Below, in pieces: positions 13,091 through 27,267 of a DNA stretch of 64,000 nt. Both the position numbers and the translations under genes were made by a program. The DNA is from Camelus ferus (Eukaryota). The notes under the pieces were generated by a model. The model saw only the letters and a list, made by a program, of their open reading frames with translations. It was not told the origin of the DNA and searched no databases. Numbering within the stretch: position 1 is the first letter of the stretch; every line of letters begins with the position of its first letter. The stretch is taken from NCBI RefSeq assembly GCF_009834535.1, contig NC_045696.1:84818001-84882000 (forward strand), written 5' to 3'.

Positions 13091-15147
13091 CTTTGCCTGC
13101 TCCTGAAAGATAGGGTGTGTTTTCCAATATAAAATTCTTAGGAGGCTCATAATTCATTGAAAGTTAATGTTTCAAGTAACACGGTTTCATCTTTGAGTGC
13201 TTTCCAATGATTAAAGAGAGTTGACCGTTTGGAATTTTAGGAAATATGCTTGGTTTCTATCTACAACAGGTTTTAGCAGGTGGTCCTTTAGTTAACATCC
13301 AAATAATACAACATAGTTAGCCACCTCTCTAATGAGATCATAAGTAATCACATGGCATGGAAATGGGAAATCTTAATTTCTTTAATACTAGTTATATAGC
13401 ATACATAACACTAGAATAGTTATAGTGCAAAATGCCCATTTGACATAGGAAAGTAAATAACAAGAGAATCAGCTTTCCAGATGCTGAAAAAAAATGAGCT
13501 TAAATAAAGTGTACCTGTTTCTGTAAAGTAATTAAGCACTTATGTGTAGTATACCGTGGCACTTCAGTGAGTCATCAATTTTCCCCCTGGAAACTATGGT
13601 TAACTTGTAACATTATTATCTACATAAGCCTAAATTAACAAAATAGGAATTTTAGCAGCAATTTTTGAAATGCTTTGGTTAGTGATTATGTTTTAAAAAT
13701 GGTTATGACATTAGAGTTCAAGGTATATAATGAATTTCTCTTTGAAAAGTGTAATCAGGGCAATTAAAAGTGATATATATAGATATATATATTTCTATAG
13801 ATTCTGAAAAAACAGAACCTTTTATTTTTAGTTATTGACAATCCAAAGTTGTTTGTGTTCAGATTGCTCATAGTGATGATGGTGTGTGTGTGTGTGTATA
13901 TATATAAGTGTATGTATTTACTCCCCGTTTAAGCAAAAGGATATGCAAAATGCACAAAATTCTTCTCTGTTTTAGGGAGATACCCCAGCATTTTCTCTTT
14001 CCAGAACACGTTTATCTCAAGGTAAGAGACATAGGTCATGATGTCTCTGAAGTTTATCAACATACGTATTTTAACACATTTAAAAAACATTGCTGCCCCT
14101 AAGAACTTACACTTGTATTAGCTTCTCTGTGGAACAGATGTACTTTCCTACCTGTTCTATTCGCACTACCAGTTATATCCACATCCTCCCTTTGCAAGAT
14201 GATGGAAATTATTTTCAAAGCCTACATCTTAATATTGAACAAAAAAAATAATTTTCTGTCAACCAATCTATAATACTGTTCCACTGACTCTGTCAGAAAT
14301 GCTTGTGTTTCTGAATATGTGTATTCACCTAATTCTTGAAATTGCATTATTTTAAATATTTTGCATCAAATATGTGATAAATAAAAAAGAGAGATTCTAA
14401 TGTTAAAAAAGTTACTGTAACAGTCAAAGGAGCAGAATAAAATAAGAGCAAATTATATTTTACAATATATGAAATAAAGACAGTGAAACAAGTGGTCGTA
14501 TTTAGTTTATTACATTTTATTTCACTCTAGTGCAATAAAATTTTATTTCATTCTTTCTTTTCAGACATTTCATATATCTTTCTGTAGCGTAGTCTTGAAA
14601 TTGAATACTTCATACAATATGAACTGAGAACTGAACCTGAAGAAAGACTAGTTAAAGTAGTTCCCTGGGAAATTGTCCAGTTTAAGCTTCCTTTGCTGTG
14701 TTGGCTTTCTTCTGTCTGTGCAAAAAGCAGAGGCAAAGGCAAAAAACCTCCATGACATTCTTCCAGTTCATGAAATAAGGGGATCAAAAGTTCCAAATTC
14801 AGGGAACTGTTAGAGGTTAATAAAGCTTACTACCTAAGAGAATAATTTCATCATTTTGATTTTTCTTTAAGAATTGCAGAGAAGTTATTTATTTCCATGT
14901 TATATCTGATATTGCATCATTCAAGAATGCATTTTTCCTGTGTCTCCTTCACTTTAAGAAGCTAAATGTACAAATAATTAAACTTTTAAATTACACATGC
15001 TTCATGGTAATGCCTAGCAATACAGTTTTCCTCAAGTCCCAACTTGCAACAACAGGTTCTTAAAACAAGACTATTTTAGATGAAGTTTGTATATGGTCAC
15101 AGATTCACCATGTGGAGATACCATACTTTCTTGCATGCTTCTAATAT

Positions 15148-15330
15148 TTTTATGTGTGTATACATATATATGTATATATATGTTTATTGAAGCATAGTCA
15201 GTTTACAATGTTGTGTCAATTTCTGGTGTACAGCATAATGCTTTAGTCATACATGAACATACATATATTTGTTTTCGTATTCTTTTTCACCATAAGTTAC
15301 TACAAGATACTGAATATAGTTCCCTGTGCT
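15148..15330 (-). mobile_element. 5'-truncated young L1 3' end with (TA)-rich tail
   Basis: ttattgaagcatagtcagtttacaatgttgtgtcaatttctggtgtacagcataatg...tgaatatagttccctgtgct; TSD TGCTTCTAATAT at 15136-15147 and 15327-15338. Confidence 0.88.
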
Positions 15331-15974
15331 TCTAATATCTTAATACTTTAAATAGTACAGAAAAGAAAATATTATTCTGTATTTATTTGCTCACATTTTG
15401 CATAAATAGCTACTGAAACATGCTTCAAATTGACCATGTGGTCTTGTGAGCACACATCTTTGTGTGTGTGTGTGAGAAAGAGAGAGACAAAGACAGAGAC
15501 AGGTGGGAAGGGAGGAGAGGGAAGAGACCCAAATTTAGCGTTAAATTATATAGAAGCTTTTCTCTGTAAATGAAAACTAGAAGAGAATCTATGAAAACCT
15601 TACATCTATACATTTTAAATTGTTGCTTGTCCACCTAATTAGCTCTAATAGTGCCAAAAGAACATGTCAATGACAATTATTTTTACTGGTTCATAACAAT
15701 CTCTCTCTCTTTCACCCCCTTTTTTAAATGTTCTGTTTTGATGGCTAACTATGAAAAGGACAGAAGAATTGGAAAATAACAACACTTAAAAATTAACGTG
15801 GGATTTCTGCTTATATTACTTTTCAAAGAATCATCTAAAAAGTGGCAATTTGGCATTGTGTCAGCTACGTAATTCTTTCTGAAAAATGCCAACAGAAACC
15901 CAATATAATAAAAAGTGTAACAGATTTCGGCTGCACTTTTTTTAGCATAAGGTTAATTTGTCTGTAAGAGAAAA

Positions 15975-16090
15975 TAATAGAGCTGGAAGGAATCCAGGTC
16001 ATTATTCCAGCACTTTGACTATATCAACGGTGAAGCTGAGGGTCTGGAAACTTGAGACACAGTCTTAGGATCATTCATGAGTGGCTCATT
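15975..16090 (-). mobile_element. MIR3-like SINE remnant
   Basis: tagagctggaaggaatccaggtcat...gaagctgagggtc. Confidence 0.5.
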
Positions 16091-18224
16091 CACAAGAAGG
16101 CAAAGCTTTCTGATGAATCATTCAAGGCTTATCTCCCTTTCTGCTGCCTCCCTGATTCTTTACTCAAGGTCATGAGTGGGTTAATTTTGTTATTTTGTTC
16201 ACACTAAGTTAATCATGGCTGGGAAATGAGTCAAAATTAAACAGACAAAAAAGTATATATAAATTATTAGTTATTTTCTTCAACATTGAATGCTAACTAT
16301 GTTATCCAGCTAATGCCAAATGTTTTAAAAGGTCAAACATTCTGGTTAAATTATTAACACAAGATTACAAGTATCAGGTTAGGTGTACATAAAAACGAAT
16401 AGGAAAACAATTTGTGGATTAATGCTGAAATGACTATAGTCAAATAAAACTTTGGAAACTAATACACAGGTAATTTAGAAAAATCATCATCTGATTATAA
16501 AACATCGAGGTATACCGTTCTGTTTAAATAGTTAGATATCTGATAGCAGAAAGAAAAGAAACTTTGGGATCACTTTAAAAATAACGACAAAATTCTTTTA
16601 AAATAGAAAATGCACATACTGTATCTTAAAACTTTTTAACTGGTCACTGATAGTAAATACAGATCAATGAAAATCTTGTTTTGCCTCATTAAACATGTGC
16701 CTAAATCAAACAAAAGTAAATTTAGAAGTAATAACTATAACAAGAGCCAGTTCTTGAAATTCAGGATGTTTGAAAATTTCTCATTTTTTTCCTACTGTCT
16801 TCTAAGTGAATCATAGTCTTCTTTACTTGGCTTACTTTGTTGCAATAGGCATAATGTGCTTAAAATGAAAACCCTGAATTCAGTTTCATTATGATAAATT
16901 TTTTGATCTCTCAGGTAAAGGAGTCAACTAAGACTCCCCCCCCACCTTTCTGTTGGTTCTGGGGGATTTGACCTCCTCATCTTGCTGTTCAAATAATAGG
17001 GAAATATATAAATTATACTGGAAATTCACCATCTTTGGTGTTCATAAAAAAATAAAATCATAAATGGCATATCAGCTGCTAACAATCTGTATCAAAAGTC
17101 TCACATGTGAAGATGACAATCTTTAGCAAAGCACAGAGGCTGCAATATGATGAAGAGTAGTTGTTGGTGGCTCATTTACCCTCAGTTCCATGCTCCAAAG
17201 AGAAAACAGGGAAAATTATAGAATTACATATTACTAGCTGCTCCTAATCATGAACGTTTCAGAAGAGGCATTGGAAACTTCACATTCCTTGTTTGAAGCT
17301 CCTTGGAATTATTACTAATTGTATTAGATTTTTTTTCTCTACTTACCTACTGGTTATTTTTGACATATTTGACATATTTTTGACATAAATTGCTTTTTTA
17401 AAAGCTGGAATTCTCTAATTTAAAAAAATCAAAACAACCTGATAAACAAAATGTATTTTCAACCATTCAATGTTAGCTGTAAGACATTGGGCAAGAATAT
17501 GATTTCAAAAATGGTCTCATGTCAGTCCTTTACCTAAAGCAGTGGTTGAATCTGAGTCTATTCAAATTCATATCATCTAGATATTTGAGGCTTAAATAAT
17601 GACCGTTTTCTACGTAATTTAATAAAATCCTCCACGCAGATGGCTGAATTGGCCTTCAGCAGAAGCGTCCTGTGATGTAATTATTTAGTCTTATTGACAT
17701 GGTCTTAGTACAGATCAACCTCAAATTCAGAATCTTTTCATAAGAATAGATCCTTGAAAGGGATATTTTCTTCATAAAGGGAGAGTAGACATTTAATATT
17801 TTAGTTTGTATTACAATTTTTGTTTAAGAGAATTTAAAATAGCAACAATTTTACAGATTTATGTAGTATTTAAATGGACCAAAACATATAAATCATTAAA
17901 GCAATGTACTACACAAAGTGAAACGTGACTAAATGTTAACTCACTATCTCACACCAAATAGATATTACCTGGTAACTACAGTCTAAAATCAGGAACAGTT
18001 ACATGATCTAACCTAGATTACCTACCTGTTCTCTCTGAAGGTTGAAGTTTAGGGTGCCCCCTCCAATCCATTTTGTGCATATCAAGAAGCAAACCAGAAA
18101 TAATCATTTGAAGACAACTACAGTTGTCCAAGCAATAGATTGGGCATACTTTATTGTTCTCAACCTTAGAGAAAGGGAAATCAAACAAACAAGAAAGGCA
18201 CAAGGAATAGGGTAAATCAAACAG

Positions 18225-18370
18225 GTTGTGTCAGGAGATCTAAATGTTAAGAGTGTTAATTCCCACTGCAGCTCACTAGTTTTGTAATGACCACAGATCC
18301 TTTCATCTTTAAGCTGAGGGTTTCCCACAAGGTGAGAGATAGGGAGGAAAGAAAGAGAAGAAGACTGGAT
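18225..18370 (+). mobile_element. MIR-family remnant
   Basis: gtcaggagatct...gctcactagttttgtaatgacc...tttccc...gactggat. Confidence 0.4.
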
Positions 18371-21300
18371 TTGAAAACTAAACTGAAAATGTGTTTTTTT
18401 TATTTTTTTTATTTTAATGGCTAGGTCAAGATCTCAAGACCACGTCTAAGTAAGAATGTAAGTCATAAGGCAGAAGAAAATACTGCATATTAATGTATTT
18501 AAATAGTGCATGTTCTTAAGAACTGAGCATTCAAGGCAGTAGCACCTGCTAAACTTTAGGCTATGGGATAAGACTGACAACTTTTTGAAGTAACTGAATC
18601 CAGTGGGACAGAATTTTGGTTGGCTATTTTAATATATGACACTTATCTACTCTTTTGTTGATTAAACTTTAATTGACTACTTAATATTTTGTGTGGGTGG
18701 ACTTTTCTGTGCTTTGTTGGTATACTGACTTGATTTAATTGCAGAGTGAAAGTTTAACTTTTCACAAGCTAATTGTAAAGAAAAGGTGCATAATGTGTCA
18801 TATTTCAGATCAAACTATGTACCATGTATAAAACTGTGCTCTGATTACTAGAAAAAGTCAATCTGTTGGAGGCAAGAAGTCCCCTGGAATTTCCTGATGA
18901 GAGTATTTTGCTCTCTAAAAATAATTCAGCTTATTTCTGGAAAGCCTGTTTTATATATTCAGAACCTTGAAATATCCAGTAAATTGGTGAGTTTTATATC
19001 ATGAGTTGACTGAATGAACTTATAAATATACAACATAATCAGAGATGTTTCTTGTATGCAGATAGAATTCACATAGAGGCCTGGAAGAAAAGCTTTAGTG
19101 GCAGTCTATTTTTAATTTTGGTACAAAATATGATTTAAGCAACTTCTGAAAATTTGATTTGCATCAGTGCCATCCGGGAATCTTACAGAAAATACAAATG
19201 ACTGGGCATTTGTACTAAGTGAAAGAATCACAGCCTCTTTTCTATAAAAATGAAGATAATAGTAATCTAGTAAGGTTATTATACAGATTATGTAGCTAAT
19301 TCAGATAAATATCTTGTCCTCTACTAAGCTTTCGACATGTTAGCTATACTAATAGCTGTTATTATTATTAATTTTGGTGCACACCAAACTTTGAAAACCA
19401 TGTATTCACTTATTTTCTATTATGCTTTAATAATAATGGTAAAGAAAATGATAATTCAGAATCAGTAATGATTTTTATACATATATACATATTTTTAAGG
19501 TTTTCTAGCTTCCTTCAGGTCATTGATAAATGATCCCAGTCAAAAATAGCGAACCTCTAAAATTTGAAGATCGCTGGTCATTCTAGAAGTTTCATTTGCA
19601 GATCTAGACTTCGAAACCAGAGCATTATTTGCTTGGTTTGTGTTATTATCTACTCCTAAAAATGATCAGAAAAAATTGGAACATGAATTTCAGAATTTTC
19701 TTAAATGTTATATTTAAAATCTCTCAAGTTTTGCATTTTTAATGGTCAATGCAAAAATTACCCATATTTTCACTCATATGACAAGTTAAATTATACTTCA
19801 TTGTATTATTTTATAGAACAATATTTTTCTCATAAAATCTCTAAGACTTACAGCTGATAATAGCTTGATGAAAATGATTTCCCTTAACTTCAAAAATACT
19901 CTTCATCTGGCATCTCTAAATAGACATTATACACTATTCCTTTAAACTGACAGTTCAATAACTGGTTCTGCTTGTGTTAATTTAAATTTCATTAAGATAT
20001 TGTCATTGAAAACTATCAATTAATTTTCCAATTAATAGAGTGAAAATAATTTCAGTCAAAGAAGTAAATACCTAAATAATAGTGGGCTTTATTTTTGTGT
20101 GTATGTGTGTACAGTTCTCTTTTAAAACTAGGCATTTCTTCCTCTCATTTTCTTCATCTATGTAAGATTTACTTATTTATTGTATCTGTCCACCTAGTTT
20201 CCTTGTTAACATAAGAAATGTGAAATAGAAGAGCACAAGATCTGGAGTTTCGTTAAGTCCTTAAATTGTTAACACCCAGCTCCTGGCTATAAAGTTATAT
20301 TCAGTACACTCAGTATATATCAATATTCATGATCAGTGAAGTACAGCCACAGACTATTCCATAGTGTTCAATAGAAACTTTTTTTTTTAATCTTTGTGTC
20401 ATTCTAAAAATGTAAAAATAAAGGAATGCTTACTTAGTACTTACTTGTTATCATCAAAATCAACTACTTTGTATATCATTTAACTATATCACAAAACTGA
20501 GAATCGTGTATTATAGGCAAAATTAGAGCATTGAAATTTTTTATAGCTACCAAATTTCACACAGCTTAGAAGGGACTGGGATCCTGCCCTAGGTAAATCG
20601 ATTCTAAAACCATGGATTAAAATATATATATATATTTTATATTATGTATATATTTCAGTGAGTTGCTGAACTTTTCATCTACCCCTTCTTGATTATGTTC
20701 TTCACTGGCTCTCACAGGGGTTTGGTACTGTGATTTGACTCCAGTCTTACTCAGAGATAGCTGATGCACATTAAATTAACAAAAAAAACAAGTAAAACCT
20801 TTCCCCCATTTTTTAATAGATAAAAATTCTGTTTCTTTCACCCACCTTATGCTTTTGTATGAAATCGGATAACACCAGGTACTAAGCAAATAGCCAAAGT
20901 TTCCCTATTCTTATTCCTCCTTTATAGTTCTTTCAGTGCTGTCTAAGTCCTGCCATGTCTTTTGACATATCTGTTTTGAAAGTTTCTCCCAGACTGCTCA
21001 TCATTGATTCCTTCCCCCATCTCCTATCATTTGCAATGAACACACCAATATCAATTAGTCTAGAGCTGCTTGTTATTTTTTGACCTTTAAAAAGGCCAAG
21101 TCGTTTCATTTATTTGTTTCAACTATGTACTTGACAATATTGTTTTCCTGATGGAGGGTCATGGGTCGATTCTGATTTGATAACTCAGAATTTTTCCTCT
21201 CAATTTTGTAACTCAATGAATTTTTGACAATTCCAATTTATTGACTGTGTGCACATACTCCTTGACTTGAGCTCCTTCTATAACTCTTTCTAATTTTATA

Positions 21301-21858
21301 CCGAAGTATAATCTTGCTTGGAAATCATTTTGAAAATCACTGCATCTGCCTAATTCTTAATTCAAAACACTGCACTCTTTCTTCAACCTCTCACACTACC
21401 AGGGTCAAACCTTCTCATATCTTCTATATAGACTACTATCCAGTATCTTTAGAAAACTAAAGGTTTGAACAAGTAAACTGACTCATAATAAAGGGGAACA
21501 CAATGTTCTCAATTCATTCAGGGTATTTACTTGATTGCAAATTTCCATTGATACTGCACTTGTCACAAAAAATAGAGTTCAGAATGTAGGCTGTTGCTGT
21601 TGTACATCTAGCTCTAGTTGAAGAACTTAGTTCCCTCTTGGGATTTTAACTTTTTGTATGAGACTGAATTGTGTGAGATTTCTATTTTTATAAGTCAAAG
21701 ACAGTTGAATATTAATGATTTAATATGGTTCAACCTATGTGAACTACATTCTAATGAGGTCTTAATATTTTACCCATCTACAGCTGATTTACTTCAGACA
21801 CAATATTAAATGCCTAATGCCAGCTCTGTTGTCTCCTATCTGGAAATCCTATAGGGAC

Positions 21859-22150
21859 TGTCTTCATTTTCTATTAATGCATAATAAATCAACTCAAATT
21901 TAGTGCCTTAGAAATACCTATTTATTATCTCACAGTTCTGTAGGACACAGAGTTCTGTAGCTTGGCTGGCTATGCTGGATGCCCTGCTTAGGTTCCCACA
22001 AAGCCATGATCAAAGTATTGCCTGGCCTGGACTTTTATCTACTGGATCTGGGAAAGAATTTGCTCCCAAGATTGTGTGGGTTGTTGGAAGAACATAGTTC
22101 CTTGAGGTTATAGTGTTGAGGTCCCCAATTACTAGCTTGCTTTCAGTCAG
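21859..22150 (-). mobile_element. MaLR LTR fragment (MLT1D/E-like)
   Basis: tttattatctcacagttctgtagg...gatcaaagtattg...gaatttgctcccaag...gttgttggaagaacatagttccttgagg...tgaggtcccc. Confidence 0.75.
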
Positions 22151-23605
22151 ATTCTCAATTTCTCTGGGCTCCTTGAAACATTTCTTAAATGTACCCTCTT
22201 CACTGCATGATTATTGCCATTGCATTCAGTTTAGCCCTCATCATTTATCTACCATATTGAATTATTCTAACATATCTTTACATTACTGCCAGAATAAATA
22301 TCAACTATATAAAACTAAGCATCGTACATGGCTACCATAAGTCACTTAATGAGTGGTTTTCAGTTGTGTGGAGCAAGAGGTATATCAGGATATTTTTCAA
22401 AACACTTTTTCTTCCTTACCCCACCCTCTCTCATTATATTAGAACATAATCTTGCATTGATAATTTGCTTGAGAATGACTATTTAATGGATCTCTGATTT
22501 TTAAGTTAAGCTCAAGTTTCATAGAGATATAACAGCCTCCATGATATGATTCTTGTCTCTAGCTTAATTTTCTACTACTCCATGTCTGACACTTTATATT
22601 TAAATATGTTATTGTATTTAAACTTAGCAGCACTACTTATAAAGTTTACATTCTTAGAACTTCTTGGCTCCCTTCTTGTCCTGCCAGGTTACTACTCGTT
22701 TTGGATAGTTACTTCATATACCAACTTCTCTAGGTTGATATTCATGATCTCTACTTCCACTTGTTCTTCACAGAGCAAATCAAGTCCCTCTCATCTATAG
22801 TTTTCCTTTTAGGCTTATGTTTGTCTTGGCTCTCAGAAGTTTGATTTGCATTTTTGTTTATATACAGATCAGTCTCTGTGAAAGGCAAACTCTAAGGTGA
22901 CCTCCAGTGATCCCCAACGCCTGCTGTTCATGATTATGTGTATGTAACCCTCTCCTTTGGATGTGGGCAGAACCATGAATTGCTTCTAATCAATAGAATA
23001 TGGCAAAGGTGATGGGATGTCATTCTCATTATATTGTCTTGTTATTGCAAGCTTACTCTAGCGAGTTTCCTTGCTGGCTTAGTGAAATAAGTGGCCATTT
23101 TAAGAATGCATCATGTGGCAAGAAAATGTGGGAGACCTCTAGAAGCCGAGAGTGTCCTCTGAATACTGAGAGCAGCTTCTAGCAGCTAAAATGGAGCAGT
23201 AAGTCAGAGCCCTCTGTGCAATAACATCAAGGAAATAAATCTTCTAACCACCTGAATGATCTTGATAGCAGATTTTTCTCCAGTTAAACCTAAAGATAAA
23301 AACACAAACTGGCTGACACTTTGATCTCTACTTTCCGAGACCCTGAGAAGGGGATTCTTCTAAACTGTGTCCAGATCCTGAGCCAGACACTGAACCACAA
23401 AAACAGTGTGATAATAAATATGTTTTTAAGCTGCTAATATTTGGTGACTTGTTATGCAGCAGTAGGAAACTAATGAATCTCCAGTGCTAAATACTGACAT
23501 CCTCAAGAGTAGATTATGTCTTAGGCATTGTTGTGTGTTCACTGTCTGCAAAAGAGTCTTATACACAGTAAATGCTGTATGAAGGATTTTTGAAAGGATT
23601 TGAGT
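22150..23605 (+). mobile_element. Degraded L2, split by the MLT1E LTR
   Basis: L2-like body before the LTR and L2 3' terminus after it (gacatcctcaagagtagattatgtc...cacagtaaatgct). Confidence 0.5.
22877..23477 (+). mobile_element. Near full-length MaLR solo LTR (MLT1E/MLT1F-like)
   Basis: Starts tgtgaaaggcaaactctaaggtgacc; caatagaatatggcaaaggtgatgggatgtca; ends ttttaagctgctaatatttggtgacttgttatgcagcagtaggaaactaat. Confidence 0.88.
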
Positions 23606-25725
23606 TATACAGAAGATATAAATTATATGCTTCTGGGCTTCAACTGGTCATTAATTTATGGAGATATAATATAAGCACTAGTTTTCTATTTAAGTTGAAA
23701 CAGTCCACCCCACCCAGAATTTTCTATTAAATGCAAAGAACCCTGACCCTCAGCAACCTCAGTATGGACTCTCATATGCTTCTTTTTATCCGGTCTTTTT
23801 ATTTTTCTGGTCTTGAGTCTTGATTCTAATCTATATCTTCTCTTTAGTGCCCCATTTGATTTGATGATATACTGAGACTTTTGTCTTAAGTTCTTGAGTC
23901 TTTGATTTCCCAAATAGCACCACAGCACCTTGATTTTGTATATGTACATGGTGTCACTAAAGAAACCCCTTTCTTTCAGAGCTACCCTGCTTGTCAGATG
24001 GGACATAAGGAGAATTCAGATAGTTGTTTCCTGATAGTCTATGGTTCTAAATTTTGTCATTCTCTGAGAGTCAGACATTCTTCAGTCCATCTCCACTGAA
24101 AATAATTTGCTATGGATGAGAACCATGAGCAGATGCTTATATATACAGTACACAGAACAGACATGAATGTAGAGTAGTAGGTGCTTTGTGTCTAAGCACC
24201 ACTGAACTAGGTGAACTTCTGTGCCTCTGTTTCATACTAGATGTAATCAGAAAGGTTTGGAAAGAGAAGATCGACAGAGCCATACTATGATTTTTTTTCC
24301 CTGTAGTAACAGTGCTATAAGTACATAAAAAGCCTATTATTTTAAGGGACTCTAAGCTGGCGAATTTCTTCAAATCTCACCTATTTAATGATAAACTCTT
24401 CCCCCTACCTATTACCCATGCATCCACCCAATGACTATAGTGACCAGTTGTTTACCATTGGTGGATACACAGCTGACAGAAGGCGTGGTGGAGACCAGGA
24501 TATACTGGTTTTACAACATACCCCTTTCTCAAGGCAGAAAAGAGGAAACACACGAAGTAATCTAGCTATCTGAATCTTCTTCCTGATGACAAAGGTCGGG
24601 CATGTACACTACCACATGAGTTGGCAATGTCTGTATTTTGGCTTGAAATATCCTGTCTATGGAAACTTCTGACCTATTAAAAAAAAAACACCCTATTCTT
24701 CCATTTCAGGTATTCCCAACAACATATCCTTTAGGTCTCATCAATTCCTGTTCTGCTTTACCTTCTTGATCCTAAACAGGGAACAGTTTGATATAAGCAC
24801 AAGGAATTGGCCTTTTCCTAGGATTCATTGAATACTGATATTAGTCTATTCTCTATCTACTTTCATTTCAGTAAGAACTAATTTCTTAAGAGAAGGATGG
24901 CCTTATTTTTCCCCCAGTTATGACTGTGGCATACTTTTTCAAATTCTGACCATTTCTTCCCCAGTCCTACCCTGTACTGGACATGCACTTTTCAACCTTA
25001 CAGTGAAAGTCACCTTGTTTTAAGCTAATTTTACAAAAGCAACTTCAATTGTGTATTCACTTCTAAAATGGTAGCCTGGGATAAATTATCCTATGTGGAT
25101 TATAAAAAGCTGAAGATCAGTGCTGTCTTCAAGTTTAGGAAGGATTCACCTACAAAATTTTATAATATCACCATGATGATGTCATTCTCTTTTGTCTTGC
25201 CTGGATTCCCCAGCTACTTTGCTCTTCAAGATGCCAAGACTGTTTTTTAAAATACTATTCAAAGTCTTCTATGTATGTATGTTTTACATTCCAATTGTTC
25301 ATTACCTGCAGATTAATAGAATTTCAGTGGGGTTTTGATGACCCCACATGCTCTACAGATTCAAGAAAGAACATAATAAATGAACTTAACTTACCAAATC
25401 AGAATTGTATGTGACAATTGACCTTAGTCTTCTGCAGGTACATTCTGTTCCACTCAGTCTATGCTTTCTCTGCTTCCTCCTTGCAGTATCAAACAAAACC
25501 ACCAAAATAATTAATGTAACACTGTCCAGTATATAGTGATTCTCTATGACAAAAGAGCAGAATACAGAACATCTCTTACATATTCCAAATCATAAATTAT
25601 CTTTTCACTTTTTATATGTCCTAATTTCTTTTCTCAAATGTTACATATCATTAAACACTTAGCATCTTAGCATATGTCCTTGTATTCAGGTACATAAACT
25701 ATTTATAATAAACTAAAAGAATTCA

Positions 25726-26251
25726 TGTGATAGTGACCAAACTGACCTTAACCTCCTCCTGATCTTGACTAAACTTTGGATGAGTTTCTTCCTAACTCTA
25801 GATCTCTGACCATCCTTTTCTTAGAGCATTTACTTTAGAAAATGTATAACTGTAAATTATTTCTCTGCTACTTTGAAATGTAGATAAATCTCCCAGTCTG
25901 TTGCCAATTTAACAACCCAGCAATATCTTTCTCAAGGACTTGGGAGCTATTCCACTGAAATGTAACCATCAAGAAAGAAAGGATGCCTGTCTCCCAGTCT
26001 TTGTGTGAGGGCAGGGGCCTAGCTTCAATAAGTGCCATATAGCAAATCATGCTGACCAACCTCCTCTCTAATGTTCTTCATTACTTTTTCTTTTTCATTA
26101 GCTTACCCCAGGGTGTAAAAGATATACTATCTTTTGTTTCAGTGGATTTGAGGTCAGTCTCTTTTCCCTATTACAACAGTCTCACTCCCTATTGCAATAG
26201 TCTTGAATGAAGTCTTCCTTTAACTCCATCCCATGCAGTTTTTCTTTGACA
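25726..26251 (+). mobile_element. ERV1 solo LTR (MER34-like)
   Basis: TG...CA ends; ttagagcatttactttagaaaa, tctttctcaaggacttgggagc, gaaatgtaaccatcaag, tctcccagtct, cctattgcaatagtcttgaat...tttctttgaca. Confidence 0.8.
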
Positions 26252-27267
26252 GTATTCACAACTCCTTATAATTTTATTCACATGAAATAAAATATGGTTT
26301 CTACTGTATGATGAGAAGCAGTAAGAAATCTAGACTCGGTCTATGAAATAACTATCTGCAGTTTTATTCAGTATCTGATTTTATATAGAGTTTGTATCCA
26401 TGTCATTATCTTATAAGTAATATCTAAACATTCCTCACTGGATAAAGGGAGATAAGTTAAGAAATTATAATCTTCCAACCATCAAGATATAAAGAGCTAT
26501 CATTTGTCTCATGTATGACTGGTGCTGAATAATGATCTATGCATTAGAAAGGCTTAACCGCATTCTCAATAGTATGTGTAATAGGGTATGTAATGGTATT
26601 TAGTAGAATAGCTTTTTGACATGTAAATTACTTATGTCCAGTATAATCATTCAGACATTGGCAATTCAAATGCTTATCCTAACAGAGATGACTTTGCTCT
26701 CGCTAGTAAATGAAACTAACAAAAGAATTGTTGAAGGAAATAAAATATGTGACATTCCAATTTCAGTTTTTAAAACAGTCTTCCAATTTTGCTTAAGAAT
26801 TTTGAGATCTGTAGGGTGATTGAAAAGCTCCAAAATTTGAAAACATGAATGCTAGTTTTGTTTCAGCCTACACACTTGAAACATGCACTGACTGTCAAAA
26901 GGGTTTATAGTAATACAGGAATGTCTGTGTAATGTAATGTGATAAGGTTCTTGAATGAATTTGGAAAGATGCAAATGACTAAAAGGTTTCAAATCACTAA
27001 AAATCTAAATATTTAGAGGTTGGAGTTCAAATATCTCACCAGATGCAGAGAGCTTTTGAAATTTAGAAGTATAGTTGAGTATCTTAATTTCTTAATCTGT
27101 GATTGTAAATAAAGGACAATTATGTGGATATTAGAAAATGACAATTATTACTGGAGATTACATTTTCAGAGAGGATTTCCGTAATTATTTAAGACTTAAC
27201 CTTTAGATTAGTTAATTAGTACACTGAAGGAGAAAGTTAACTTAATGTAAGAAACCTATTTTCAACA

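Noticed and set aside
17359..17387. TTTGACATA x3, plus similar short repeats (9129-9157, 38800-38826, 49053-49074)
   Set aside because: Ordinary short slippage duplications; no spacer-repeat architecture, so not CRISPR-like
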